NCBI GenBank assembly: GCA_000004695.1
Contig: CM000152.2
Location: 2,496,001 to 2,560,000 of the forward strand
From: Dictyostelium discoideum
Taxonomy: Eukaryota
Length of the DNA: 64,000 bases
Direction of reading: 5' to 3'
Part shown: positions 14,417 through 27,353 of the stretch, piece by piece
How positions within the stretch are numbered: the first letter of the stretch is position 1
How the letters are laid out: each line of letters begins with the position of its first letter
Made by a program: the position numbers and the translations under genes
Notes under the pieces: model-generated
Seen by the model: the letters and a program-made list of their open reading frames with translations, nothing else
Told to the model about the DNA's origin: nothing
Database searches by the model: none

Positions 14417-16172
14417 ATGTCAAAAACATTGTATATCTTTGATTTTGATGGTACATTATTTAAATCACCAGAACCAAATCCATCAACATGGAATCCCTCA
14501 ATAATTGGTAAAATTAAGGGAATGCCAGACGAAGGTGGTTTTGGTTGGTTTCAAGATACAATCACATTAGACGATCCATACGTACCAACAAAACCAGATA
14601 GAGATATTTGGTTTAATAAAAATGTTTTAGATGATGCTTTAAATGCACTCAAACATCCAAATAATGTAGTTTGTAAATATTAATATAAAAATGAAAGAAA
14701 TAATTTTATTTTGATTTTAATTTTAATTTTAATTTTAATTTTAATTTTAATTTTTTATATTTTTTTATTTATTTGTAGGTTTATTAACAGGCAGAACTGT
14801 TTTATATGAAAAAATTATTGATAGAATTTTAGAATCAGTAGAATTAAATTTTCATCATAAAGGATTGAAACCATTGAATATTGCAAATTCTCAAAGGGAA
14901 ACTACATTTGATTTTAAAAAGAGATTCATTTTGAATTTAATGCATAATACTTACAAGGATGAAATTAAGAGAGTAGTCGTATATGAAGATAGAATTAATC
15001 ATGTAGATTTATTCAAATCTTTTTTAGCTTCATTACCAAGTTTAGATTCATATAAAGTTAAACATATTGAAGAGGAATCAAAATATTTAGAATATCAAAC
15101 TGAATTAGCATTGGTTGATTATTTAGTTACAAAAAACACTTCTCCAAAAGCTGAGTTAAAAAAACACACAGATTATACTGGTTTGGTTTTAGATAATCAA
15201 TCAATCAATAAGATTTTATCTTTGGTTGAAATTCCAAAAAATTGGTTGTTAAAAGCTCATCATATCACTTTAAATTTAGGTCCAATTAATCATAAGCTTT
15301 GGAAACCAATTGAAAAATCTTCAGATTCAACTGATGAAACAAATGTTTTAAATGAAATTAAAAATTTATCAATCTCTGAATCTTCAACTAAAACAACAAC
15401 AACAACAACAACAATTGTTGTTGATGATGTTTCAACTCAAACAGCTTGTTCTTCAACCACCACAACTACAGCTTCAACAACTGTATCAACTTCAACATCA
15501 AATGATTTTGAAAATATTTATAAGGTTGGAACAAAGTGGACAGCTAAAATTGAAGCAATTGGTTTCAGTCAAAATGCTTTAGCCTTTAAGGTTCAAGGTA
15601 TTCCAACTGCTAATGTAATTCCTCATTGTACAGTTGCAATTCATCCAAACGGTAAAGCATCAGATAGTAATTCAATTAGAAATTGGTATCCAATTAATAC
15701 TTTGAAATTGGGCGAAAGAGTTTGCTTAAACTCTTATGATGAAAGAGAACTATCAATCTATAAAGAATTAATTGAAAAACAAGATCAAGTTAAACTTGAC
15801 TCACCTTCAAAAGGAAATCTCTCCACTGGAAAAAACAAAAAATCAAAGAGTGGAGCTGATACTAATAACACTTTAAAAGAACCAAGTGTTTGTTTTGTAA
15901 CTTTACCATTAGATTTATATGAAACAAATGGTTTAACTTTAAGCGGTGAAATTGTAGAGTGTGGTAAATTATCATATGAAATTCAAAAAGCACCAAAGAA
16001 AGAAAAGATTCAACCATATCCAATCATTCAAAGAGTTGTACCTGAATTATCAAAAGCTGAAATCTTAAAGATTGTCCCATTGGTTACTGATTGGATTAAT
16101 AAATCAAATACAACCGAAATATTAAAAATTGAAAAATATATTAATGATAATTTTAATGATTTTAAAAAATAA
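14417..16172 (+). CDS. HAD-superfamily hydrolase-like protein, 2 exons
   Basis: join(14417..14672, 14779..16172). Donor GTAAAT at 14673 and acceptor TGTAG|GT are phase-1 consistent (T+GT=Cys). Intron contains a (TTTTAA)n repeat. N-terminus MSKTLYIFDFDGTLF is HAD motif I (DxDGT), followed by ...VVCLLTGR (motif II-like). C-terminal Thr/Ser-rich region. Confidence 0.55.
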
Positions 16173-16312
16173 TAAAAATTATCAACGTGTAATAATATAA
16201 TATTAAGTAATTATAATAAAGATAAAAAGATTTAATAAAAAAAACTATTATATTAAATAAATATATATATATATATTTTTTAATTAAGTATTTAAATATT
16301 AAAATAGTTTTT

Positions 16313-19300
16313 TTATTTTGATTTAATTTTATCAGTTTTTGATTTTCTAGTTGAAGATAATTTTGCAGATTCAGAAGAAGAAGAAACATCAAATGATGAA
16401 GAAGAGGAAGTTTTTAAAGGTTTTTTTTGAAATTCTTTATCACTTTTTTCTAAATATTCTTTTAATTGTTGTAAATCAGCAGTCCAAAGTGATTTTGGAT
16501 CAGAAGATGAAATTGATTGATGTTCAGATTTTCTTTTTGTTAATTGATTAGTTAAATTATCAATTCTTTCTTTTGTAATATCTAAAATTGATAAAGAGAA
16601 AAGATGTTGATAAACCTCTGGTGGATGAGTTCCAAAATTTTCGAAACCAACAATTTCACCACTTTCCAACTCTTTGATTAAATCTTGTTTTGATCTACCT
16701 TGAATTTTTAATTTACCACTTGCAATAACTTCAAGGAATTGTATTGTAGTTGTTAAACGTTTAATTTGATTATCCAATGATTTCAAGAGGTATTCTCTAC
16801 GTTTTCCATAGAATTGTAAACGAACTTTATAGAATTGATCAATGATTTCTTCAACAGATTCTAATTTTTGAATTTTTGAATTTTCATCGAAACATGTTAA
16901 ATGGAAATTAAGAGAAGCTGATAACTTGAATAGCTTTATTAACTCATTTTCAGTTAAATCTTCCATTTGTTCCAATTGATTATTATTTAATAAAATTGTG
17001 AAATGAACTGAATTTTCAGTATTTGATTCTTGGAATGATTTAATAACATCTTTATCAATTAAATCATTTAAAACTTCTTTATAGTCAGAGGTCCATCTAC
17101 CAATTGGTAATTCAGTGATTTCTAAATTTCTACCAACCAATTTAATTACACCATTAGTTCTATAGGTATGTCTATCAGGTGAAATGGTTCCTTTGAAACC
17201 ACGATACCATGGAATTAGTTTTTTAAGTGCAACTTGATTATTTAAACGTAGCATCAATTGATCGATGATATCAATTGGTGAAAATAATGGAATTGAAGTT
17301 GACATGCCAACACCAATACCTTCACTTCCATTAACTAATAACATTGGTATAATTGGTATATAATAGTCTGGTTGAATGGATTCACCTTCTTCCTCTAGAT
17401 AGTTTAATAATGGATCATCCAATTCATTGAAAAGGTAACGTGCAACTGGTTCAAGTTTTGTAAAGATATATCTAGCTGATGCAGAATCTGAACCACCTTG
17501 TAAACGAGTACCAAACTGACCACTTGGTGTTAACAATGGTAAATTATTTGAACCTACGAAATTATGAGCCATTTTAACAATTGTTGAATTTAAAGATTGC
17601 TCACCATGATGATAGGAAGTTTGTTCGGCTACATAACCTGACAATTGTGAAACTTTAATTTCATTTGTTAAACGACGTTTAAATGATGCAAATAGAATTT
17701 TACGTTGACCTGGTTTTAAACCATCGATTAATGATGGAATGGATCTAAGATTTGCAGCCCAACTATAATGAATCAATTCTTTATTAATGAAATCTGGATA
17801 GGTGATCTCTTTAATTGAATGATCAATACCTTGTGACATATCAGTTTCTTTAATCCAACGTTGTCTAAGTGAACTTAAATCCTTTGCAAATGCCATTTTA
17901 ATTAAATCATCAGCTTCATCTCCCCAAATGAATTTAATTACATGTTTATCCAAATTACTAAAGTATTCCTTTGCCTCTGCGCTAGTTGATGTACCTAAAC
18001 CTTTATAATATTTAATGGTATATTGTTTCAATTGATCGGATGAAATTGTTTCTCTCCATTTTTCATAGTCTTTAATGGTAAAGAAAGATTTCTTTTGAGT
18101 TGAACTTTTAGTTGCTTTTATGATTGGTGTAACAAATTCTACAAGGAAACCACGTTTCAAAAGATTTGGCCAAAAGTAGTGAATGAAATTCATAACTAAA
18201 CCTTTAATATGTGAACCATCATGATCTTGATCGGCCATAATCATAACTCTACCATAACGTAAATCTTCCATACTTTCATCGGTATCATAGGAATTTTTAT
18301 GAGATAAACCCAAAATGGTGGTAAGATTATTAATTTCTTCATTGGATAATAATTGTTTTGAAGCGACATCACGTACATTCAATAGCTTACCACGTAATGG
18401 GAAAACACCATATGAATTACGACCAACTACACTTAAACCTGCCAATGCTAATGATTTTGCAGAATCACCTTCAGTTATAATCAATGTACATTCCTTTGAT
18501 TTTAATCCACCTGCCCAATTTGCATCATCCAATTTGGAAATCGATTTAATCAATGTGGTTTTTGATTGTCTACCACTTGTTGAATGAATTAAATCTGCTT
18601 TTTGTTTCATTAATGCCCAACCTGCAACACGTTCAATGATTTTACTATTCTTTACGAATTGAGCTAATAATGACTCTGGAATTTCTGGTGTTGATCCGAA
18701 TAACATTGGTTTAGTTGTTAGGGTTTCTTTACTTTGACTATCAAAACTTGGATTATCAACTAAACAATTGACAAACAATGCTAAATGGTGTTTAATATTC
18801 ATTGGTCTAATTTCAAGATCCGAGTGTTTCTTTTTTAATTTCTCACCAACATAACGTACGATTTGATCAGCCAAGAAATTGACATGAGTTCCACCTTTAA
18901 CAGTGTTTATGCTATTTACAAAACTAACTTGAGTGAATTGACCAGTCTCTGATAAACCAATACCAATTTTCCAACGTGGTGAAATTTCACCAAATTCAAA
19001 GGATTCTTCACGATATTGTTCTTCATTATCTTCACGTTTTGTACTATTATTTAAATGATGTTCATAAAGTTTAACATAACTTTGGAAATTATAATTCAAT
19101 CTCTTTCCATTTAATGTTACCATTAATTCTGTATTACAACCTGCGATATCATATAATCTACGTTCCATTAATTGTAAAATATTATCATCCCATAATGATT
19201 TGATTTTAAATTTCTCTAAATCTGGTTTGAATGTGATTTTGGTATAATCACTCTCACCCTCGCCAATTGGTGTTATTATTGGTTCACTTCTATCACCCAT

Positions 19301-20167
19301 ATTATTTGACCATCTTTGGAAATACTTTTTACCTGAACTCTTATCAACAGTTTCAACAGTGAATTCTTTGGAGAATATATTTGTTAACTTTGCACCAAAC
19401 CCATTTCTACCACCAACAACCTTTAATTCACTATCATTGAAATTGGAACCAGACATTAGATTACCCATCACCATTTCAACAACATAACAATTTTCAGTTT
19501 GATGCATTACCACCGGTATACCTTTACCATCGTTCATAATTGATATACTATTTTCATTTGGATTAATCTCAACTTTAATAAATGACATTTTTGAATCCCT
19601 CTTTTTATTATCTGCTGCATTCACTAAAATTTCATCATAAATTTTTAATAAACCTGGTATATATGTTGCTTTAATTGGATGAATATAAGTTAATGGTTTT
19701 TTATTTGTTTTTGTTGTTGTTGTTGTTGTTGATTCAACATTCTTTTCATTATTATCATTATTTAATTCAATTGTTTTTTTTTCTTTATTAAACATTGAAT
19801 TTGATAGAACCCACATATCATCTTCAATTTTTTCAATTGTTCCAATATATGAATCTGGTCTTAATAAAACATGTTCAGTTGGTGTTTTTTTTTGATAAAT
19901 ATCTTCTATCTTTCTTGTGGTTGTTTTTTCTGATATTTTTTCATTTTTATTTAATTTTGTTGAAAAATATTTATTATTACTATTATTATTAATTGATAAA
20001 AATGATTGTGATTGGATTGATGATTGTGATTGGATTGATGATTGTGATATAAATGAAATTATTCCAACTTGTTTTGATTTATTATTTAAATTATTTATAA
20101 TTCCTTTTCCAAATTTTAAATAATTTGTTAAATTTTTATGATTATTATTATTTAATAATTTTGACAT
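16313..20167 (-). CDS. top2mt: DNA topoisomerase II, 1284 aa; likely the mitochondrial isoform
   Basis: Single 1284-aa ORF with GyrB-like ATPase motifs (IYQKKTPTEHVLLRPDSYIGTIEK, GLKPGQRKILFA, PLRGKLLNVR, IMADQDHDGSHIKGL) and Toprim/GyrA-like regions including the catalytic Tyr region (SARYIFTKL). Has an N-terminal Ser/Asn-rich extension before the ATPase domain. The length matches my recollection of the D. discoideum mitochondrial Top2 (1284 aa); symbol from memory, not verified. Confidence 0.8.
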   Translation of the reverse strand: MSKLLNNNNHKNLTNYLKFGKGIINNLNNKSKQVGIISFISQSSIQSQSSIQSQSFLSINNNSNNKYFSTKLNKNEKISEKTTTRKIEDIYQKKTPTEHVLLRPDSYIGTIEKIEDDMWVLSNSMFNKEKKTIELNNDNNEKNVESTTTTTTKTNKKPLTYIHPIKATYIPGLLKIYDEILVNAADNKKRDSKMSFIKVEINPNENSISIMNDGKGIPVVMHQTENCYVVEMVMGNLMSGSNFNDSELKVVGGRNGFGAKLTNIFSKEFTVETVDKSSGKKYFQRWSNNMGDRSEPIITPIGEGESDYTKITFKPDLEKFKIKSLWDDNILQLMERRLYDIAGCNTELMVTLNGKRLNYNFQSYVKLYEHHLNNSTKREDNEEQYREESFEFGEISPRWKIGIGLSETGQFTQVSFVNSINTVKGGTHVNFLADQIVRYVGEKLKKKHSDLEIRPMNIKHHLALFVNCLVDNPSFDSQSKETLTTKPMLFGSTPEIPESLLAQFVKNSKIIERVAGWALMKQKADLIHSTSGRQSKTTLIKSISKLDDANWAGGLKSKECTLIITEGDSAKSLALAGLSVVGRNSYGVFPLRGKLLNVRDVASKQLLSNEEINNLTTILGLSHKNSYDTDESMEDLRYGRVMIMADQDHDGSHIKGLVMNFIHYFWPNLLKRGFLVEFVTPIIKATKSSTQKKSFFTIKDYEKWRETISSDQLKQYTIKYYKGLGTSTSAEAKEYFSNLDKHVIKFIWGDEADDLIKMAFAKDLSSLRQRWIKETDMSQGIDHSIKEITYPDFINKELIHYSWAANLRSIPSLIDGLKPGQRKILFASFKRRLTNEIKVSQLSGYVAEQTSYHHGEQSLNSTIVKMAHNFVGSNNLPLLTPSGQFGTRLQGGSDSASARYIFTKLEPVARYLFNELDDPLLNYLEEEGESIQPDYYIPIIPMLLVNGSEGIGVGMSTSIPLFSPIDIIDQLMLRLNNQVALKKLIPWYRGFKGTISPDRHTYRTNGVIKLVGRNLEITELPIGRWTSDYKEVLNDLIDKDVIKSFQESNTENSVHFTILLNNNQLEQMEDLTENELIKLFKLSASLNFHLTCFDENSKIQKLESVEEIIDQFYKVRLQFYGKRREYLLKSLDNQIKRLTTTIQFLEVIASGKLKIQGRSKQDLIKELESGEIVGFENFGTHPPEVYQHLFSLSILDITKERIDNLTNQLTKRKSEHQSISSSDPKSLWTADLQQLKEYLEKSDKEFQKKPLKTSSSSSFDVSSSSESAKLSSTRKSKTDKIKSK

Positions 20168-20234
20168 GATTAATTAATATTTTTAATCATAATCATAAAA
20201 ACAATAATTCGTTTTTATTCGTTTTGAAAATATG

Positions 20235-20266
<32 letters not shown>

Positions 20267-20475
20267 GAAAATCTTTTTAATTTTAATAACGAAAAAAATA
20301 CCATGGTTGTTTTTTTCACAAAAACTAAAAATTACTTCTCTTTTTTAAAAAAAAAAAAAAATTGGCCAATCTATTAATTTTTTTTTGTAAAAACATTGTC
20401 CAACCAATTTATTATTTTTTATAAAAACTTAAAAAAAAAATTTAAAATATTACTATTCACTTTAAAACATACAAA

Positions 20476-21190
20476 ATGTCACAAAAAATAGGTTTGTTTA
20501 TTATTTTAAAATATATTTTTTTTTATATTTATATTAATTAATAATAATAATAATAATATTACTAACACCTTTATTATTATTATTAAAAATTATTTAGTGA
20601 CTGTATTTGATTTTTTACATACAACTAAAGGATTGATTGGATTTAAAGTTGAAAATAGTGGAAATTTTTATAAATTATTAAAAAAAGGGTCTCATTTAAA
20701 TAAAGATAATATGTCAAATAAAAAAGATGCATTACTTTTTTCTTTATTACTTAAAAAGAATTTAAATAAGGGAATTGCAAATTCAATTGATTTATTTTCT
20801 AATGAATTTTGTAGATTAAATAAAATTGAACCAGAACGTTTAAAAAAATTATCAAACCAATTAGATTTTCATTTAGTTAAACTTTATGATGGTGGATTTT
20901 GGTTTTGTCAAAATCATTTTCCTATTAATGGAATTTATAATTTTTCTCCGAGAAATTTCAAAGATGAACAGTTTAGAGATTTAGCAAATCAAAGAGAAAA
21001 AAACTTTGATTATTTAAAAAGAAGAAAATACAATTTAATTAAAGAATTTTCTGATGAACATAAATTGGATATTAATTTCACTGATGATGATATTCCTAAA
21101 AAATATATATTTCATGTTGAACATACTTTTACTAAAAAAAAAATAATTAAAAATAATGTTGATAATAAAATTGAACCAGAAAAAAAATAA
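20476..21190 (+). CDS. hypothetical protein, tandem paralog A (micro-exon 1 + main exon)
   Basis: join(20476..20491, 20598..21190). Micro-exon is ATG TCA CAA AAA ATA G + GTTTGT donor. Acceptor TATTTAG at 20597, phase 1 (G+TG=Val). Protein MSQKIVTVFDFLHTTKGLIGFKVENSGNFYKLLKKGSHLNK... Paralogous to the next gene (shared LIGFKV..G....LF.KGSH, FS.EFC...KI......LS..L.F.L.....G.FWF, KEFSDEHKL). Confidence 0.5.
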
Positions 21191-21329
21191 AAAATGTAAA
21201 TAATAAATATAGAAAAAAAGAAAATAAAATGGTATTAAATTATAACTTTTATTTATTTAATTAATTGTTTAAAATAGAAAACTTATTTTTTTTTTTTTTA
21301 TTCTGCGCAATTTCCCCGCTCTTTAATTT

Positions 21330-21393
<64 letters not shown>

Positions 21394-21486
21394 AAAATTT
21401 TTTTTTTTTTGTTTTTTTTATTTTTATTTTTATTTTATTTTTATTTTTTAATATTTATATAAATAATATATATTATTTAATAACCA

Positions 21487-21522
<36 letters not shown>

Positions 21523-21566
21523 TTAAAAAAAAAAAAAAAAAACAATTAACAAATATATTTTTCAAA

Positions 21567-22259
21567 ATGTTAAAAAGAACAATAGGTTTGTCATTACTAT
21601 AGGTTTTTTATAAATAATAGTTTCAATAATAAATAATAATAATATTAACACTTTATAATTTATTACTATTATTATTTTTATTTATAGTTAAAACAGAAGA
21701 AATTAGACATTCAATTAAAGCATTGATTGGATTTAAAGTTACAAATGGTGATCATATTCATAGTTTATTTTTAAAAGGTTCTCACACAAAATCAAGTAAT
21801 ATGAAAAGAATTAGAGAAGGATTATATTTTAGTTTATTACAAAATCAAAAGGAATCAACTACTCATGGTTTATTTTCAAAAGAATTTTGTGATTTTCATA
21901 AAATTGATTTAAAAAAGTTTGAAGATCTTTCAAAGAAATTATCATTTGGTTTACATGAACTTGAAGATGGTAATTTTTGGTTTAATGAACATCATTATAA
22001 CGTTTTTGGTGAATATAATGTAATTGAAAAACCATTCAATAAAAGCGATCATCCAAATTCCAATGAGCATACCCTTTCATATGAAAATGGTAACTCATAT
22101 AACGCTTTGGTAAACAAATATAAACTACTTCAAAAATTTTCTGATGAACATAATTTAGGACTTACATTCAAAGAAGAAGATATTCCCAATAATCTTATTT
22201 ATTATCCTGAACATATTTTAAAAACTCAAGTAATAGATGGAGATGATCAAACAAACTAA
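21567..22259 (+). CDS. hypothetical protein, tandem paralog B (same micro-exon structure)
   Basis: join(21567..21585, 21688..22259). Exon 1 MLKRTI + G, donor GTTTGT; acceptor TTTATAG, phase 1 (G+TT=Val). Protein MLKRTIVKTEEIRHSIKALIGFKVTNGDHIHSLFLKGSH... Same donor hexamer and phase as paralog A. Confidence 0.5.
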
Positions 22260-22486
22260 AAAAAAATAAAATAAAAAAAAAAAATAAAAAAAAATTTGAA
22301 TAAAAAAAAACCTTTATGTTTGTTTCTTAATAGTTTAATTATTTTTTTTTTATTTTTTTTTATTTATTATTTTTGTTTTTTATTTTTTAAAAAATCTTTA
22401 CTTTTTTATTTTTTTGTTTTTTTTTTTTTTGTTTTTTTTTTTTTTTTTTTTTTGAAGTAAAACTAGAGATAAAAAAAATAGTATCC

Positions 22487-22524
<38 letters not shown>

Positions 22525-22629
22525 TTACTTTGATTCAAAATTTTTATACTAAATATAATCATTACACCACCCCCTGTTTAAAAATGGTAATTTATCAAAA
22601 CATGTGTTTTTTTTATTTTTTTTTTTTTT

Positions 22630-22664
<35 letters not shown>

Positions 22665-22758
22665 CAAAATTTAATATAATTAATTCTCAATATAAATACC
22701 CCCTTTTAATTTTTTTTTTTTTTTTGATATTTTATTAAAAAATTTAGTTTCATACAAA

Positions 22759-22800
<42 letters not shown>

Positions 22801-22902
22801 ATATAATATTATAAAACAAACAAATAGATAATAAAAATAATATAAAATAATAATTTCATTGTTTTTTCTAAAAAATTTAATATAAATTAATTACAAGATA
22901 GA

Positions 22903-23183
22903 ATGTCATCTCAAGAACAACAAAAATCAAAGCAAAATCAAGCTCAAGAAGGTGTTGACGGAGTTTGGTTAGATAAATATTCTACACTTTCAAGAGTTTA
23001 TAATTATGGTTTTGTTAATGGATCAATTGAAAAGGGTAAAGAATGGTATAACTATATTAAAGACTCAAATTCATATGTAAAGGTAATTATTTATAAAATT
23101 TTTTTTTTTTTTTTTTTTTATTATTTTTTATTATTTCCTTACTAATAAAAATATCTATATTTTAATTTAATTTTTTTTTTTTT

Positions 23184-23238
<55 letters not shown>

Positions 23239-24445
23239 ATAATATTAGAGTACACTTGAATTTGGTGAAAATGGTGTTGTTGCAGTTGGTAGACCACTTC
23301 TTGATAAATTAGAACAATATGATGTTATAGTTAAAAAGGTTGATGAATATGGTAATACTGGTTTAGATATTCTCGAAAAGAAAGTTGAATCAATTAAAGA
23401 AACTGGTGAAAATTTAGCAAATAAAGCAGATTCAGCAGCTGATGGTTTAATTAGTGTATCTGCAAATTATGTAAGTTTTATTTACTATAAATATAATATA
23501 TTGAAAATTAATTTACTTGTAATAATTTTTTTTAAAATTTTATATATGTGTGTATTAATTTTTTATTTTTTTTTTTTTTTATTTTTTTTTTTTTAATTTA
23601 TAGACACCAAATGCAGTAATTGGTTTAGTACAAAAAACAAATAATATGATTGATTCATTAATTGATTCATTATTACCACCAAAAGATGATGATCAAGTTA
23701 ATGAAATGAGTGATGAAGAGAAGTTTCAACTTGAAAAGAGAATGAAATTTTTATTAAAGTTAAGAAAGAGATTAAATACTCAATCCATTTTAGAGATTCC
23801 TTCAAATTCAATTCATTTAGTCACTGGATATAGTGGTAAATCATACTCTCAAGCAATGGATAATATTTCTCAACTCTCAAATTCAATCTCAAAAATCACT
23901 GTAAATAGTCAATTCTCTAAAGTCTTTATTGATCAAATTTATCACTATACTGATATTTTAGTTGGTCAAGTTGCAGCAGTTTCTGTTTGGTTCAGAGAAA
24001 TTAATATTTCAGAAACTCTCATCTCACTTGGTGAACTCTCTAAAATGATAAATGAATCAAAGAATCAAGTTTTAGAACTTTCTGATCCTCAAGAAAAAGT
24101 TGATGTATGTTATTTTATTTTATTTATTTTATTTTTTATTTTTAAAAAATTTCTCTTTTTATTAACAACAATAATAATAATTTTTTATTATAACTTTTAT
24201 AGAAACTCAAGAAAGACCTTTCAAAGATTTTAAAGAGTTGTTTAGATGTTTTACATAACCAAATGGAAGGTGGTAAAGATAAACTAGAGTCATTCAAAGA
24301 ATCAGTTTCAGATCATCAATATTTTGTTGCATCCTTTTCATTGTTAGAAAGTTCATTAAATAAACTCTCTGTTACACTCAAGAATTATTTAGACAACTTG
24401 GAAGAGAAATCATCTTCATCTTCAAATGATAACTCAACCAATTAG
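22903..24445 (+). CDS. perilipin (PAT-family)-like lipid-droplet protein, 4 exons
   Basis: join(22903..23082, 23249..23470, 23604..24104, 24203..24445), all phase 0. Donors GTAATT, GTAAGT, GTATGT; acceptors TTAGAG, TTTATAG, TTTTATAG. N-terminal VWLDKYSTLSRVYNYGFVNGSIEKGKEWYNY...STLEFGENGVVAVGRPLLDKLEQYDVIVKKVDEYGNTGLDILEKKVESIKETGENLANKADSAADGLISVSANY resembles the perilipin PAT domain (VVxRVxxLPLVSSxYD...). May correspond to Dictyostelium plnA, but I could not verify. Confidence 0.5.
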
Positions 24446-24954
24446 AATATTAACTGGTTGATTCCTTTTTTTTTAAAATCTTACTCTCTAACATATAAAT
24501 AATAATAAAATATAAAATATAAATCAATAAATATATAAATAAATCATAAAAAAAAAAAAAAAAAAAAAAAAAATATTTCTTAAGAATCAATTTTAATAAA
24601 CTTTTTTTTATTTTTTTTGTATCCAAATTATTTAAATGTTTTATATTAAGATTATTTTTTTATTTTAATTTTATTAAAAAGTTTAATATTATAATTGTAA
24701 AATTCAATTATTTTAAATAAAATTATTTTTTTTCTTATTACAAAAATATAAAAAACAAATTAATTAATATTCCCCACAAGGTAATTTTTTTTTTTTTAAT
24801 TATTTTTAAATTAAAAAAACAGACTTTTTCATCCTTGGGTTGTTGTCTGATAATCTAAAATATTCAAGTAAACCAATTATTAAAATTATGTATATAAATA
24901 TTTATTTATTGATTTTTTTTTTTTTTTTTTAACAATATGAATTAATTTAAAAAA

Positions 24955-25932
24955 ATGAATAAACTTATTTTTATAATAATATGTTTAGGAATTGTTGATA
25001 AAACTATATCAAGTGATTTTAAAAGTTATAATGATGGTATTTATTCATTTACCTATGATAACATTTGTTCATTTAAAAATTCAATTAGAGATCAAGATGT
25101 ATATGAATTATATTATGTACAAGCACCATTACTTTATGCAACCTATGGTAACCTTTTGGAAAAGATAAATGCATATCATAGTGGAATTGTATTATATAAT
25201 AAAAATAATGGTCCAAATATTACAATAGATTATTATGCAATACCAAGTTTTGAAGCTACATTATTTCCAAAATCAATTATTAAAGATTCTCAAGGTAACT
25301 ATAATATAACTTGGGATACACATGGATTAATTGAAGTAACCAATTACATAAATGAAACATACTGGAATAAAAGACAATTAATAATGTATGATTTATCTGG
25401 TATTCAAATTAAACAATATTTAAGTTGGGCTCCAATTTATAATAAAACCCATACATTTTATAATTTATTTAATATTGAATCAGATTTATCAATATCAAAT
25501 AGTAGTAAAATTTATAAAAATAGTAGTACTTGTGATGATTTTGTTTGGGCAAGTTTTGATGTACTTTATAAATTGGGTGGAACTATTGCAAGTGTTCAAA
25601 GTGATCCACAAAGGGATGATATAAAATTATTTATTTCAAGTGGAGAACCAAAAATTGTAGATTATAATGATTCAATAAAAAGAAATCAAATTGCAAGTTT
25701 TTTTAATGAACTAAAGGATTTTGCAAATTTGGGAAAGAATAAAACTGCTCTTGAAATATTCAATGAATTAATTACTTTTTTTAATGGTTATTTCTATTGT
25801 TATATTGATGGTGAATATTATGAAATGAAACTTTCAAAACAAAATCCAATTTCATTCACATATCTTCCATCACCAATACCAATTGGAAAAAGAAATTTTA
25901 ATGAAATTAAAAAACTTGGTTTTTGTAAATAA
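24955..25932 (+). CDS. cln5: CLN5 (ceroid-lipofuscinosis neuronal protein 5) homolog, secreted/lysosomal glycoprotein
   Basis: Single-exon 325-aa ORF with signal peptide MNKLIFIIICLGIV. Blocks VYELYYVQAPLLYATYGNLLEKINAYHSGI, SSTCDDFVWASFDVLYKLGG, KLFISSGEPK and GYFYCYIDGEYYEMKLSKQNPISFTYLPSPIP align with human CLN5 ([77 protein letters not shown]). Many N-glycosylation sequons. Confidence 0.8.
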   Translation: MNKLIFIIICLGIVDKTISSDFKSYNDGIYSFTYDNICSFKNSIRDQDVYELYYVQAPLLYATYGNLLEKINAYHSGIVLYNKNNGPNITIDYYAIPSFEATLFPKSIIKDSQGNYNITWDTHGLIEVTNYINETYWNKRQLIMYDLSGIQIKQYLSWAPIYNKTHTFYNLFNIESDLSISNSSKIYKNSSTCDDFVWASFDVLYKLGGTIASVQSDPQRDDIKLFISSGEPKIVDYNDSIKRNQIASFFNELKDFANLGKNKTALEIFNELITFFNGYFYCYIDGEYYEMKLSKQNPISFTYLPSPIPIGKRNFNEIKKLGFCK

Positions 25933-25955
25933 ATAAATAAAAAACCTTTTATCTA

Positions 25956-25999
<44 letters not shown>

Positions 26000-26048
26000 G
26001 GACTGTCTATTTTTATTTTTATTATTATTATTATTATTACTAATGTTT

Positions 26049-27313
26049 TTATAAAAGAGGGGATTGAATTTCATTTGAATATGAAAGATAACTTTCATTT
26101 TGATTTGATTTCCAGAATTTAAATTTATTTAAAGCAGATTTTGTCGATTGTTTTTTATTATGATCATCTTCTTCTTCAGTATGAATAGTTGGTGGATGAT
26201 CAATTTCATGAGTTTTAATGAATGAAAAACCAAATGTTATAGCTGCAATTAATAAATAAGAAGCTGACCAATGATATGGTATATTTGAGTAACCAGTTGG
26301 AGAGGAAGGAATATTCCATGGAAGGTAAACTTCTGCATTTGGATCTACTGAATGAATTACACCAAAGAAAGTTAAAATTGCACAAATTGCTAAAAATATT
26401 GAAGCTTTCTTTAATCTATTCTCTAAAACAAATGCTAAAGCAGTACCCCAAAATAAAGCAGTACAAATAAATCCATTTGCTAATATCATAATTGTACCAA
26501 TTTTTTGAACTACAGTAAAAGATAGACCAAATTGCTCTTGAACCATTTCTGGATTAACTACGGCATTGGCTAAAATTGGTGATATTTGACCAATGATAAT
26601 GAATGCAAATTGGAATAGTGATGGGAAGAATGCCCAAATGATTGCAATTGAATGATGTGCTTTAATTCCTTTAGTATTGTGAAGTGTTTCATAACAAATT
26701 TCAAAACAAATGAAAATGAAAATTGGTAAAATTGCTGGTTTTGGTAAAATATTTGTAAGTAAACCTAAATAACCAAAGAAACCACCTAAACCAATAACCA
26801 AACCACTGATAGTCGAATAACTTGATCCTGCTTTAAATTTATTATGATACACTAAATGACCAATGTATGGTGTAGTTTGAGTTACACCACAACCAAATAA
26901 ACTACCAATAATCGTTGAGATCGAGTCAATTAAAAGTACCCATTTAAAACCATATTGATTACCAATTGAACGTGCACCATCAATAACTGATACTGAACTA
27001 ATATTAACTAAAATTGCATATGGAATTACAATTGAAATGTTTTGAGTGATTGCTCTTTTAATTGCTTTAAATATATTTGATGGATGTGGATATGAAACAT
27101 AATAATCACTAAATACATTGGTTGGCATATCTGAAACTGAAATTCCAACACCTGTCATAAAATAAAATAAAACTGTACCAATAACACATGAAACCAATAC
27201 ACCTGATAAATTAAATGGTAAATCAACTCCTAAAATTTTACCTTGTTTGTTATGTCTATGTAATAATGCTAATAATAAAATCCATAATGATACCCATCTA
27301 AATTTATAAAATA

Positions 27314-27353
<40 letters not shown>

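Noticed and set aside
14684-14778. (TTTTAA)n tandem repeat
   Set aside because: Lies entirely within the predicted intron of the HAD-like gene. Ordinary AT-rich intronic simple repeat.
10085-20167. Two neighbouring ORFs (10085..13939 plus strand and 16313..20167 minus strand) are both exactly 3855 nt / 1284 aa
   Set aside because: The proteins are unrelated (ALMT-like transporter vs topoisomerase II), on opposite strands, and share no sequence. Equal length is a coincidence.
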